Shown one piece after another: positions 1 through 8,867 of a stretch of DNA of 26,391 nucleotides. The notes below the pieces were generated by a model. That model worked only from the letters and a program-made list of their open reading frames with translations, was not told where the DNA came from and did no database searches. This DNA is from an uncultured virus (IMG/VR IMGVR_UViG_2508501054_000004) (taxonomy: Duplodnaviria; Heunggongvirae; Uroviricota; Caudoviricetes): the IMG/VR virus record IMGVR_UViG_2508501054_000004, one strand, 5' to 3'. Position 1 is the first letter of the stretch. Every line of letters begins with the position of its first letter. The translations under genes and the position numbers were made by a program.

Positions 1-293
1 ACCGGCTTTACACACTGCTTAACCAGGCGTTCGCGAACGGTCGTCAACCGGTCCAGTTCGTCCAGCTCGCCCTTGGTCAGCGAGTCGGCTTTCTCCAGAA
101 GCAAGGTGATACGCCGGCTGACGGCGGTCAGCGGTTCTTCATCCGTCAGCATGTCTTCCCAGCCACCAATGCGAATCCAGTGGTACACGATCCGGATGTT
201 GGGCAGGTTCAACTGCACCTGAATTTCCTTGGCCTTGTGACGGCGTAGAAACAGGCGTTTGGCGGCTTCTTTGACTTCGGTTGAGTAGTACAT
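1..293 (-). CDS. Terminase ATPase (large) subunit, N-terminal part (P2 gpP-like), truncated by the window edge
   Basis: Manual translation from ATG at 293: MYYSTEVKEAAKRLFLRRHKAKEIQVQLNLPNIRIVYHWIRIGGWEDML..., open to the edge. It has an HTH-type terminase N-terminus and is divergent from the scaffold gene, as in P2/HP1. Confidence 0.88.
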   Translation of the reverse strand, partial: MYYSTEVKEAAKRLFLRRHKAKEIQVQLNLPNIRIVYHWIRIGGWEDMLTDEEPLTAVSRRITLLLEKADSLTKGELDELDRLTTVRERLVKQCVKP

Positions 294-350
294 GGGCCGC
301 AGTCTATGCGGCGAAAACGCGGAAAACGTGCAGTTAAAATCCGTGTTTCT

Positions 351-369
351 CCTATAAATCAAATATAGG
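351..369. promoter_or_regulatory. Inverted repeat CCTATA-N7-TATAGG between divergent late genes; candidate late-activator site
   Basis: The palindrome lies in the AT-rich spacer between terminase and scaffold genes, where P2-like phages carry Ogr-activated promoters. Confidence 0.45.
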
Positions 370-454
370 TGAAGCGCGAAAGTAAACCGTTTGTTGGAGG
401 CGTTGCGGCTCCCTATCTTGGGGCCTCAACTTACCGATGAGCGCAGTTCTTCCC

Positions 455-1387
455 ATGCCCCGTTCCCTTGTCAGCTTCTGGAAACGCGTCGCCACCAGCG
501 GTCCTACCGTAGATGGTCGCGTCATCACGCCCCAGGAACTGCGCGACATCGCCGAGACGTACAGCACTACTACTTACACGGCCACCATCTGGTCCGAACA
601 TGACCGCTGGCCAGGCTCCTACGGCACCGTGTTTGCCGTGCGCCTGATTGAGGATGTCGAGGGGCTGGCCCCCGGCCAAGTCGCGCTGGAAGCGCAGTTG
701 AAGCCCAACCAAAAGCTGCTGTGGCTCAACGACCAAGGCGAAAAGCTCTTCACCAGCATCGAGATCATGCCCGACTTCGCTGGCACCGGTAGGGCGTACC
801 TGACCGGCCTGGCCGTCACCGACGAACCGGCGAGCCTGGGCACTCAAGAACTCTACTTCTCCCGCAACCCCGGCAACCCCGGAAAGCGCGTGCATTACGC
901 GGCTGCCGTCCCGCTGGGTTCGATTGGTGAAGACGAACCGCAAGGCGAGGTGGCCAAGCTGTTCAGCATGTTCACCGGCCTGTTCAAGCGCTTTGGCATT
1001 GAAGAGGTGCCAGCCGAAACCACCCCGCAAACCCCTACCGAGAGCAAACCCCCAATGGATGAAGCTACAGCCAAAGCGCTGCAGGCCTTGATCGAACAGC
1101 AACTGATCGTCACTGCCGGCATTCAGGCGCTGATTGACAGTTTCGCAGAGGCACCGCCGGCACCCGACCAGGCCCCGATCGACGACGTACAGACGGCGGT
1201 CGATGACATCGTGGCCACCGCCGAAGACGAAAAGCAGTTGAGCCGCAAGGGCTCGTCCAACGCCGCAGTGCTGGCCGGCATGAACAAGCTGCAGGCGCAA
1301 TTCAGCGCGTTGCTGGACAAGCCGGAAGGTCGCCACCTGGCACGCACCACCGGTGCCGCTGACCCTAAACCGAAGCGGGTGCTCTGA
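455..1387 (+). CDS. Capsid scaffolding protein/protease (P2 gpO family)
   Basis: Typical gpO motifs RVATSGPTVDGR and YLTGLAVTDEPASLGT. An alternative start lies at 437. Confidence 0.93.
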   Translation: MPRSLVSFWKRVATSGPTVDGRVITPQELRDIAETYSTTTYTATIWSEHDRWPGSYGTVFAVRLIEDVEGLAPGQVALEAQLKPNQKLLWLNDQGEKLFTSIEIMPDFAGTGRAYLTGLAVTDEPASLGTQELYFSRNPGNPGKRVHYAAAVPLGSIGEDEPQGEVAKLFSMFTGLFKRFGIEEVPAETTPQTPTESKPPMDEATAKALQALIEQQLIVTAGIQALIDSFAEAPPAPDQAPIDDVQTAVDDIVATAEDEKQLSRKGSSNAAVLAGMNKLQAQFSALLDKPEGRHLARTTGAADPKPKRVL

Positions 1388-1388
1388 C

Positions 1389-2411
1389 ATGGCCCAGTCA
1401 CTGAGCGCATTCGGCGCGAAAATGTTCGCGGCTCTGCAGGTTTCCCTGGCTGAGTCTTACGGTGTCGAGTTGGCCAGCAAGACGTTCAGCGTCGAGCCAT
1501 CGATTGCCCAGGAACTCAACGAGGCGATCACCCACAAGTCCGATTTCCTACAGCGCATCAACGTCATCGGCGTGACTGAGATCAAGGGTCAAAAGGTGTT
1601 CCTGGGCGTGTCGGGTCCTGTGACCGGTCGCACCAACACCAAGACCACCGATCGCGAAGCCAAGGACGCATCGGCGCTGGATGACAGCACCTACGAGCTG
1701 TTCTCGACTGAATCTGACGTCAGCCTGCCTTACGCCAAGATCGACGCCTGGGCCAAGTTTCCGGACTTCCAGCAGCGCTACTCCGCCGCAGTGCAGAAGC
1801 AGATCGCACTCGACCGTCTGATGATCGGCTTCCACGGCCTCAAAGCGGCTGCGCAAACCAATCTCACTGAATTCCCGATGCTGCAGGACGTGAACAAGGG
1901 TTGGTTGCAGATCGCTCGCGAGCAGATCCCTGAGCAGGTTCTCAAGGAAGGCAAGGTCGCTGGAAAGGTGACGCTGGGCGAAGGCGGCGACTATGCCAAC
2001 CTCGACGCCTTGGTGCATGACACCAAGCAGATGGTCGACGAGCGCGTTCGCGATGGCGGCGACCTGATCGCAATCATCGGCAGTGACCTGCTGGCCGCTG
2101 ACAAAGCCAAGCTGTATGCCAAGCAAGGCGACCTGCCAACCGAGAAAGAACGCATCGAAGACGCTCAGGTCATCGCGACCTACGGCGGTCTGCCGAGCTT
2201 CAGCGTGCCTTTCTTCCCGGTCAACACCGTGGTGGTCACCAGCTTCGATAACTTGTCGATCTACTTCCAGGATTCCAGCTGGCGCAAGCAAACCATCGAT
2301 AACCCGAAGCGCTCCCGCGTCGAGGATTACAACAGCCGTAACGAAGGCTATGTGATCGAGCAGCTGGAAAAGTTCGCCATGACTGAAAACGTCGAATTGG
2401 TGAAAGCATGA
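1389..2411 (+). CDS. Major capsid protein (P2 gpN family)
   Basis: Motifs FSVEPSIAQ, LQDVNKGWLQ and SRNEGYVIE. Starts immediately after the scaffold stop. Confidence 0.95.
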   Translation: MAQSLSAFGAKMFAALQVSLAESYGVELASKTFSVEPSIAQELNEAITHKSDFLQRINVIGVTEIKGQKVFLGVSGPVTGRTNTKTTDREAKDASALDDSTYELFSTESDVSLPYAKIDAWAKFPDFQQRYSAAVQKQIALDRLMIGFHGLKAAAQTNLTEFPMLQDVNKGWLQIAREQIPEQVLKEGKVAGKVTLGEGGDYANLDALVHDTKQMVDERVRDGGDLIAIIGSDLLAADKAKLYAKQGDLPTEKERIEDAQVIATYGGLPSFSVPFFPVNTVVVTSFDNLSIYFQDSSWRKQTIDNPKRSRVEDYNSRNEGYVIEQLEKFAMTENVELVKA

Positions 2412-3130
2412 GCCTGGCACTGGCGCACAAACGCCGCTTGATCGCAGAAGGCCCAGCGGCTGCGATGGCCGGTGCCCCAATGGCTTATTCGGCGGACACC
2501 GCGATGTCCAGCCCTGCCAATGCACGCAAGCACTTGAAGTTGATGGAAGACGCGCTGGCGGGCGATCTGGAGCGCATCAGCGCGATCAACAGCCACTCGC
2601 TGCGCCAGTTGCTCAAGCGTGACGAGCTGCTGCCCAAATACCTGGATTACGTACAGCGGTATCGCGATTCGGAATTGAATTTCCAGAACTCGGTGTTGGT
2701 GTACGTCCTGATCTGGCTGTTCGACACCGAGCAGTTTACGCAGGGCTTGGAGCTGGCCGATTTCGCCATGTCCCAAGGGCAGGCACTGCCTGAGCGCTTC
2801 AACCGTGACATTCCGACCTTTGTTGCAGACGAGGTGATCGACTGGGCTGAGGCTGAGTTCAAGGCCAGGCGCAGCCCTGAACCTTACGTTTCCAACTTGC
2901 TGCCCCGCGTGGATGGCGAATGGCAGCTGTATGAGCGCATTCCTGCTCGTTACCACAAGTTGCTGGGAATGATCGCGCTGCACCGCAAGGACTGGCCTGT
3001 AGCAATTCACCACTTCGAACGAGCCGAACAGCTCTACGAAAGCATCGGTGTAGGGACGCGCCTGGCTGACTGCCGCAAGGCGCTGGCCAAAGCACAAGCC
3101 ACCGCAAACGCCGGCAACGGCACCGAATAA
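2408..3130 (+). CDS. Terminase small/endonuclease subunit (P2 gpM family)
   Basis: Motifs KRDELLPKY and IWLFD...ALPERFNRDIPTFVADEV. ATGA overlap with the capsid gene. Confidence 0.9.
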   Translation: MSLALAHKRRLIAEGPAAAMAGAPMAYSADTAMSSPANARKHLKLMEDALAGDLERISAINSHSLRQLLKRDELLPKYLDYVQRYRDSELNFQNSVLVYVLIWLFDTEQFTQGLELADFAMSQGQALPERFNRDIPTFVADEVIDWAEAEFKARRSPEPYVSNLLPRVDGEWQLYERIPARYHKLLGMIALHRKDWPVAIHHFERAEQLYESIGVGTRLADCRKALAKAQATANAGNGTE

Positions 3131-3221
3131 CCGACTACCCCCCCCCGGCGAGAAACTGTGGATGTGAGCCAACCATTTATGGCCCTGACCCACTGAAACA
3201 GTTTTCCCGCCCCTAATAAAG

Positions 3222-3245
3222 AAGCCCCGCTTCGGCGGGGCTTTT
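3222..3245. terminator. Bidirectional intrinsic terminator
   Basis: AAGCCCCGC-TTCG-GCGGGGCTT hairpin, followed by TTTT on + and TTCTTTATT on -. It lies just downstream of the minus-strand XRE-like gene. Confidence 0.8.
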
Positions 3246-3269
3246 GAGAGGTTTCCAATGAGTGGTAGA

Positions 3270-3569
3270 TCACTGAGAGAGCTTATTAATCGTCACTTTG
3301 CCGTCCGGGAAAGTTACGGTTATTTCCAGCGTGCCACCTTTGGATCGGATGTATTTCCGCAAGGTTTCGATATAGGTGTCGGTAAACCTGATCCCTTTCG
3401 TTATCTCTTCGTAACTAAGTTCTTCATGGGCAGCCAAGCTGCCTTGGCTGGAAGAAAGAACGTCCTGCCACGTTGCCTCTATCTCTTTTTTATGAAGATC
3501 TTTTTCGGCAAGGCGTGCTCTGAGGCGATCACTCATATTTCCACTCGCGCTTACAGGCTTCTTCGTCAT
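3270..3569 (-). CDS. HigA/XRE-family antitoxin-like protein with divergent HTH (moron)
   Basis: The C-terminus TDTYIETLRKYIRSKGGTLEITVTFPDGKVTINKL matches the DMYISTLRxYIEAMGGELEIxARFPDG tail of XRE/HigA proteins. A GGAG lies upstream of the ATG, and GC is lower than in the flanking genes. Confidence 0.72.
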   Translation of the reverse strand: MTKKPVSASGNMSDRLRARLAEKDLHKKEIEATWQDVLSSSQGSLAAHEELSYEEITKGIRFTDTYIETLRKYIRSKGGTLEITVTFPDGKVTINKLSQ

Positions 3570-3604
3570 GGCTTTTATCGCTCCGTCGTCTATCGGGGAA
3601 GTGT

Positions 3605-4363
3605 ATGAGCTTTTCCGGGAAACCCACCACCTTTGTGGAACAAGTGATCGAGAACGACGGCTTTTGGCCTGATCTCTCTGTGACCGAGTTTCAGAAGGGT
3701 TACCGCCTGCCGGCGGAGTACCTGGTAGAGATGCTGGCCGCCGATCTGAACATGGCCATGGTCGAGGTCAATACCGACCTGGCCAAGTTAAAGGCGCGCT
3801 GGCAGGGCGCTGGCGTGTCCAACGTTGAATCCGCAGACACCACCGTCCTGCCAGAGCGCACCTTTCAAGCGGCGACTTATAAGCGCGCCGCGTACAGCCG
3901 GGCAAAAGCCAGCTTGCTGACCCAGTTNNNNNNNNNNNNNNNNNNNNNNNNNNNNNNNNNNNNNNNNNNNNNNNNNNNNNNNNNNNNNNNNNNNNNNNNN
4001 NNNNNNNNNNNNNNNNNNNNNNNNNNNNNNNNNNNNNNNNNNNNNNNNNNNNNNNNNNNNNNNNNNNNNNNNNNNNNNNNNNNNNNNNNNNNNNNNNNNN
4101 NNNNNNNNNNNNNNNNNNNNNNNNNNNNNNNNNNNNNNNNNNNNNNNNNNNNNNNNNNNNNNNNNNNNNNNNNNNNNNNNNNNNNNNNNNNNNNNNNNNN
4201 NNNNNNNNNNNNNNNNNNNNNNNNCGCCACGGTCAGTCGTCGCGAAAGCGCCGAAAACGTGGGCAAGGAACTGCCAGAGCGCTCCGAAACCTTCCTCGCT
4301 TTCAGCCAGGCCGCCGTGCGGTCGCTGCAGGGCCGTGGCCGCATCACGGCGGCGCTGCTGTGA
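3605..4363 (+). CDS. Head completion/stabilisation protein (P2 gpL family), spanning an N gap
   Basis: IENDGFWPDL motif. The gap flanks join in frame as ...LLTQ-F-ATVSRRE.... Confidence 0.88.
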   Translation: MSFSGKPTTFVEQVIENDGFWPDLSVTEFQKGYRLPAEYLVEMLAADLNMAMVEVNTDLAKLKARWQGAGVSNVESADTTVLPERTFQAATYKRAAYSRAKASLLTQXXXXXXXXXXXXXXXXXXXXXXXXXXXXXXXXXXXXXXXXXXXXXXXXXXXXXXXXXXXXXXXXXXXXXXXXXXXXXXXXXXXXXXXXXXXXXXXXXXXXATVSRRESAENVGKELPERSETFLAFSQAAVRSLQGRGRITAALL

Positions 4364-4803
4364 TCAAGCTCAAGGCGTTGACCGCCTACCTGCTCGAACG
4401 CCAATTGGTTGCCCCTGAGCAGCTCGACAGCTGGACCGACCAGGTGCAGGTGGAGCTGATCTGGAAACCTGACACCCAAGGCATGCATATGGGTGACATG
4501 AATTACGGCGCGACCATCGCGATCGAGCGGTTCGCGGATCACCCTGCGCGCCTGTTTGCCCTGGTAGGCAGTTGGCTGGAAACCCACGACCAGGATCGCG
4601 ACGGTCTGCCGAACGTGGTGTTCGATGTGGTCATGCTCGACAACGACCTGGCCGACGTCGACATCAAGCTGCAGTTCACCGAGGCGCAGTACCTGGCCGA
4701 GGATCCTGCCGGCGAGATCGAGGCCTTTGGCAGTACCTGGTCGTTCGTACCGTTCGAACTGTGGGTGGCTGAGAGCGGCGAGGTGACCGATCATGGCCTT
4801 TGA
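4360..4803 (+). CDS. Tail completion protein (P2 gpR-like)
   Basis: GTG start overlapping the gpL stop; position and size fit HP1-type gpR. Confidence 0.75.
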   Translation: MIKLKALTAYLLERQLVAPEQLDSWTDQVQVELIWKPDTQGMHMGDMNYGATIAIERFADHPARLFALVGSWLETHDQDRDGLPNVVFDVVMLDNDLADVDIKLQFTEAQYLAEDPAGEIEAFGSTWSFVPFELWVAESGEVTDHGL

Positions 4804-5461
4804 TCTGGACATTCGCGGCATGCTCGAAGCCCAGGACCTGCTGGCTTTGCTGGAACTGCCGACGCCCAAGCGCAGACGTCTGTTGAACAACGTTGCCAAG
4901 CGCGTGCGCAGTCTGAGCCGCCAGCGCATCCGCAACCAGCAGAACCTGAATGGAACGCCGTTCGCGGCCCGCAAGGACACGTCCAAGGGCAAGAAGAAGA
5001 TGGAAGCCGGCCTGGGCAAGCTGCTCGATGTCACTCGCCTGACCGGTACCGAAGCGGAGCTGGGCTGGCGCAACACGCTGACCCGTTGGGTTGCCTCGCA
5101 GCAACACAACGGCATGTCCGAACGGCGCACCGCCGCACAGATGCGCCAGTGGAACAAGGTTCCGCCGGGCACCGCTGCTACCGAAAAGCAGGCCAAGACC
5201 CTGCGCCGTCTGGGTTTCAAGACCCGGCAGGAAGGCAAAAAGACCCTGACCCGCCCATCCGTGGCGTGGATCCAGCAACACCTGAACTACGCCCGGGCGG
5301 GATTGTTGATCCGCGTCCTGGACGACCAACGAGCCGAATCTGCCGGTGCGCAAAGCTGGGATATCCAGCTGCCTGCGCGTCAGTTCCTCGGTGCCAGCGA
5401 AAGTGAAACCAGCCAGCTGGTGAATCTGGTGCTGCAACAAATCCTTAATTCACCCCGCTAA
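4793..5461 (+). CDS. Virion morphogenesis/tail completion protein (P2 gpS-like)
   Basis: Motifs RIRNQQNLNGTPFAARK and LPARQFLG. Confidence 0.85.
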   Translation: MAFDLDIRGMLEAQDLLALLELPTPKRRRLLNNVAKRVRSLSRQRIRNQQNLNGTPFAARKDTSKGKKKMEAGLGKLLDVTRLTGTEAELGWRNTLTRWVASQQHNGMSERRTAAQMRQWNKVPPGTAATEKQAKTLRRLGFKTRQEGKKTLTRPSVAWIQQHLNYARAGLLIRVLDDQRAESAGAQSWDIQLPARQFLGASESETSQLVNLVLQQILNSPR

Positions 5462-5475
5462 CGAGGCACCGCTTT

Positions 5476-6588
5476 ATGGCACTCGGCAAAGTCAGCGTTA
5501 ACAATCTCAACCTCGGCCAGGGTGCCGTGAGCGAGATCGAACGCTATTTCCTGTTCATCGGTCCCGCCGCCAAGAACGTCGGCAAGCTGGTTCCGTTGGA
5601 CACCCAAAGTGATCTGGACGTCCAGCTGGGCGTTGCGGACAGCGACCTGAAAACCCAGATCCTGGCGGCGCGCAGCAACGGCGGCGATCGCTGGGCATGC
5701 ATCGCTGCTCCGATCGCAGGCGAAACCACCTGGCAACAGGCGCTTGAGAGCGCCACCCGCAGTTATTCCTTCGAAGCGGTGGTGATCGTCAATCCGGTGA
5801 CCACTCAGGCCGAGCTGTCAGCGATGCACGTTGCAGCCAATGACCTGAGCAACAAGCTGGGCCGCCGCGTCTTCGTGCTCGCCGCGACTGCCGGCATTGC
5901 TCCGCAGTTGAGCTGGAGCGCTTACGTTGTCGAGCAGAAAGCCATCGTCGACGGCCTGGCTGCGCCTCGGGTTTTGCCGGTACCGCAACTGCACGGCAAT
6001 AACCTGGGCGTGCTGGCCGGTCGACTGGCCAATGCCGCAGTGAGCATTGCCGACACCCCGATGCGCGTGGCCACCGGCGCGATCGTTGGCCTGGGCGCTG
6101 AACCCAAAGACATGGACGGCATCCCGCTGACCACTGCCGTGCTGACTCAACTGGACGCAGCGCGCCTGTCGGTGCCGCAGACGTATCCGGACTATCCGGG
6201 CACCTACTGGGGCGACGGCAACCTGCTGGACACCCCCGGCAGTGACTTCCAGGTGATCGAGAACCTGCGGGTCGTCGACAAGGCCGCCCGCCGCGTGCGG
6301 ATCCTGCTGATCCGCTACGTGGGCGATCGGAGCCTGAACAGTTCGGCCAACAGCATGGCGACCACCACGTCCAAGCTGATGGCCCCGCTGCGCGCGATGG
6401 CCAAGTCCACCAAATTCGCCGGCCAGGTGTTTCCAGGCGAGATCGAGCAGCCAAAGGACGGCGACATCGTGCTGACCTGGACGAGCAAAACCTCTGTCGT
6501 GGCCTACCTCAAGCTGCGCCCCCTCAACTGCCCGAAAGACCTGACCGCGAACATCGCGCTGGACCTTTCCGTTACGGATTCGGAGTAA
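5476..6588 (+). CDS. Tail sheath protein (HP1-type, DUF2586-like)
   Basis: Motifs VSVNNLNLGQG, YPDYPGTYWGD and FQVIENLRVVDKAARRVR. Confidence 0.9.
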   Translation: MALGKVSVNNLNLGQGAVSEIERYFLFIGPAAKNVGKLVPLDTQSDLDVQLGVADSDLKTQILAARSNGGDRWACIAAPIAGETTWQQALESATRSYSFEAVVIVNPVTTQAELSAMHVAANDLSNKLGRRVFVLAATAGIAPQLSWSAYVVEQKAIVDGLAAPRVLPVPQLHGNNLGVLAGRLANAAVSIADTPMRVATGAIVGLGAEPKDMDGIPLTTAVLTQLDAARLSVPQTYPDYPGTYWGDGNLLDTPGSDFQVIENLRVVDKAARRVRILLIRYVGDRSLNSSANSMATTTSKLMAPLRAMAKSTKFAGQVFPGEIEQPKDGDIVLTWTSKTSVVAYLKLRPLNCPKDLTANIALDLSVTDSE

Positions 6589-6591
6589 CCC

Positions 6592-7128
6592 ATGGCCGCA
6601 AAAATTGGCGGTAAGAACTTCGACGTGAACCTGGGCGATCTGCTCGTTCACGTCGAGGCCGGCACCATCGACATCACGGACAACAGCACCGTGGCCCAGA
6701 CCAAGGGCGTGCCCAATGGGCACGTCGACGGCGATGTCGCCGCATCTGGCGAACTGGAGCTGGACACCACCAACTTCAATCTGCTGATCGAGCAGGCCAA
6801 GACTGCCGGCAGTTTCCGCGAGCTGGAGCCGTTCGACATCGTGTTCTTCGCCAAGGCCGGCGAAGAGGAACTGCGCATCGAGGCCTTCGGCTGCAAGGTC
6901 CGCGTGTCGAGCCTGCTGAGCATCGATCCCAAGGGCGGCGCGAAGAACACCCACAAGGTGCCGTTCGACGTCACCAGTCCGGATTTCATCAAGATCAACG
7001 GCGTGNNNNNNNNNNNNNNNNNNNNNNNNNNNNNNNNNNNNNNNNNNNNNNNNNNNNNNNNNNNNNNNNNNNNNNNNNNNNNNNNNNNNCCGTACCTGGC
7101 TGCTGCTGAAATCGAGGGCCTGACGTAA
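6592..7128 (+). CDS. Tail tube protein (HP1-type, DUF2597-like), spanning an N gap
   Basis: Motifs GVPNGHVDGDVAASGE and VTSPDFIKINGV|PYL, contiguous across the gap. Confidence 0.88.
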   Translation: MAAKIGGKNFDVNLGDLLVHVEAGTIDITDNSTVAQTKGVPNGHVDGDVAASGELELDTTNFNLLIEQAKTAGSFRELEPFDIVFFAKAGEEELRIEAFGCKVRVSSLLSIDPKGGAKNTHKVPFDVTSPDFIKINGVXXXXXXXXXXXXXXXXXXXXXXXXXXXXPYLAAAEIEGLT

Positions 7129-7337
7129 TGGTTTGCCCGTTCGATCGTGCGCAGGCTCTGGAGCAGCGACAGCGCGACCAGGCCATTGCGGCCCAGTTGG
7201 CCAAGCCGCGAGCGAGCGGGCCGAGCCTCACCCATTGCCAGGATTGCGACAAGGAGATCCCACCGGCGCGCCAGGCATTAGGCGGCATGACCCGTTGCGT
7301 GCCTTGCCAAACCCTGACCGAAAAAGGACTTCGCTGA
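7128..7337 (+). CDS. TraR/DksA C4 zinc-finger protein
   Basis: CQDC-x-EIPPARQALGGMTR-CVPC, 69 aa; start overlaps the tube stop. Confidence 0.88.
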   Translation: MVCPFDRAQALEQRQRDQAIAAQLAKPRASGPSLTHCQDCDKEIPPARQALGGMTRCVPCQTLTEKGLR

Positions 7338-7543
7338 TGAGCACCAATCAAGCTGCTCAGGACACCGCCATTGCGTTGGTGAAGGCGTCGCCCGCGATCG
7401 GCGTCGCCGCCACCGGTGCGACCGGTGCCGTTGACTGGTCCGCAGTGGCCTACATGCTGACTGCGTTTTACATGGTGCTGCAGATCCTGCTGCTGATCCC
7501 CAAGTACCGCCAGATGCTGCGGGACTGGAGGGTCAAACCATGA
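7337..7543 (+). CDS. Putative holin
   Basis: 68 aa from the ATG at 7337, with hydrophobic segment AVAYMLTAFYMVLQILLLI and a basic C-terminus. Directly upstream of the endolysin. Confidence 0.72.
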   Translation: MSTNQAAQDTAIALVKASPAIGVAATGATGAVDWSAVAYMLTAFYMVLQILLLIPKYRQMLRDWRVKP

Positions 7544-8067
7544 GCCTGCGGGTCAAGATCACCGCGGGCTTTCTGCTGCTCTGCAGCGGCACGTTGACCG
7601 CCTTCCTGGGCACCTGGGAAGGCAACGGCCAGAACGTGGTGTATGCCGACAAGCTGGCCAGTGGTTTGCCCACGGTCTGCAAGGGCATCACCAAGCACAC
7701 CAGCCCGGACCCCGTGGTGGTCGGTGAATATTGGTCCGATGCGCGCTGCGCCGAGGTGGAAGGCCTGGTCATCGCCAAGGGCCAGTTGAGCCTGGCCGAC
7801 TGCCTGACCAACCAGGCGATCGGGCAGAACACGTTCGACGCCTTGAGCAGCCATGGCCACAACTTCGGCGTGCCAACGACGTGCGCGAGCCGTGCCGTGG
7901 GCCTGATCAATGCGGGCCGCATTGCCGAGGGCTGCAAAGCGCTGGCCTGGGCTTCCGACGGTATGACGCCGGTGTGGGCCTATGTGACCGGTGCCGATGG
8001 CCGTAAGACCTTCGTTCGTGGCCTGCACAACCGCCGGCTGGCCGAAATGAGGCTGTGCCTGCAATGA
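7540..8067 (+). CDS. Endolysin, GH24 lysozyme, probable SAR type
   Basis: N-terminal Gly/Ala-containing hydrophobic segment, then the catalytic region WEG...YAD...PTVCKGIT and C-terminal GLHNRRLAE. Confidence 0.9.
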   Translation: MSLRVKITAGFLLLCSGTLTAFLGTWEGNGQNVVYADKLASGLPTVCKGITKHTSPDPVVVGEYWSDARCAEVEGLVIAKGQLSLADCLTNQAIGQNTFDALSSHGHNFGVPTTCASRAVGLINAGRIAEGCKALAWASDGMTPVWAYVTGADGRKTFVRGLHNRRLAEMRLCLQ

Positions 8068-8543
8068 CCATCAGCCCGCTGCGCCTTGCCCTGTTTCTGC
8101 TGGTGGTCGGTTTGCTGATCTGGTGCGCTTTCGAGTACCAGGGCAACCAGCTCGTCGCCGTCCGTGCTGATCTGGTCGACGCCACTGCAGATCTGCACAC
8201 CGAGCGAGAGGCGGCGCGCCTGGCCCGCGATCAGCTGGCAGCGCGGGACCAGCTCGACACCCACCATACCGAGGAACTGAATCGTGCTCGCGCTCAAATC
8301 AACACTCTGCAGCTTGCTGTTGCTGATGGCCGTTACAGGCTGCGCATCAAAGCTTTCTGCCCCGCAATGCCCGGTGCCGCCGGCACCACCGGCCTGGCTG
8401 ATGCAGGCAGCGCCGAACTCGCAGCAGACGCTCGACCTGATTATTTCACCCTCCGAGATCAGCTTGCCCTCAGTCGGCAAATGATCCTCGGCCTGCAGGA
8501 CTACATCCGCCAGGTCGTGCAACGCACGCCGGCACAACCCTGA
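8064..8543 (+). CDS. i-spanin (Rz-like)
   Basis: N-terminal TM helix, coiled coil and the ARPDYFTLRDQL...ILGLQDYI motif. ATGA overlap with the endolysin. Confidence 0.88.
   Translation: MTISPLRLALFLLVVGLLIWCAFEYQGNQLVAVRADLVDATADLHTEREAARLARDQLAARDQLDTHHTEELNRARAQINTLQLAVADGRYRLRIKAFCPAMPGAAGTTGLADAGSAELAADARPDYFTLRDQLALSRQMILGLQDYIRQVVQRTPAQP
8284..8484 (+). CDS. o-spanin lipoprotein (Rz1-like), nested in the +1 frame of Rz
   Basis: Signal peptide with lipobox VTG-C and Pro-rich PVPPAPPAWLMQ segment; GAGGA upstream of the GTG start. Confidence 0.85.
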   Translation: MLALKSTLCSLLLLMAVTGCASKLSAPQCPVPPAPPAWLMQAAPNSQQTLDLIISPSEISLPSVGK

Positions 8544-8576
8544 CCCTTTGCAACTCAACCTTACGGAAACACCGAC

Positions 8577-8867
8577 ATGAACGAAGTAAATCGCAGCATC
8601 ACCCTGGAACGTGGCGACAAGGAATTCACCTTCAACCTGACCCCGCAGGTGATCACCAAGTACTTCAACGCCACCACCCAGGCCAACAAGGTCGCCCCGG
8701 CCCACAACCTGCTGATGGGCACCGTCAAGGACGAAGACAAGGCCGCACTGAAGGCGCTGCTGGAAAACCCGATCACCACCATGACCCTGGCCGGTGCGTT
8801 GCTTGAAGAGTATTCGCCGGACGTTGAAGTGATCGTAAAAAAGCCCTCGAACATGCCGAAGGCCTGA
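8577..8867 (+). CDS. Tail assembly chaperone
   Basis: NKVAPAHNLL motif, position upstream of the tape measure gene, and a slippery site near its end. Confidence 0.85.
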   Translation: MNEVNRSITLERGDKEFTFNLTPQVITKYFNATTQANKVAPAHNLLMGTVKDEDKAALKALLENPITTMTLAGALLEEYSPDVEVIVKKPSNMPKA

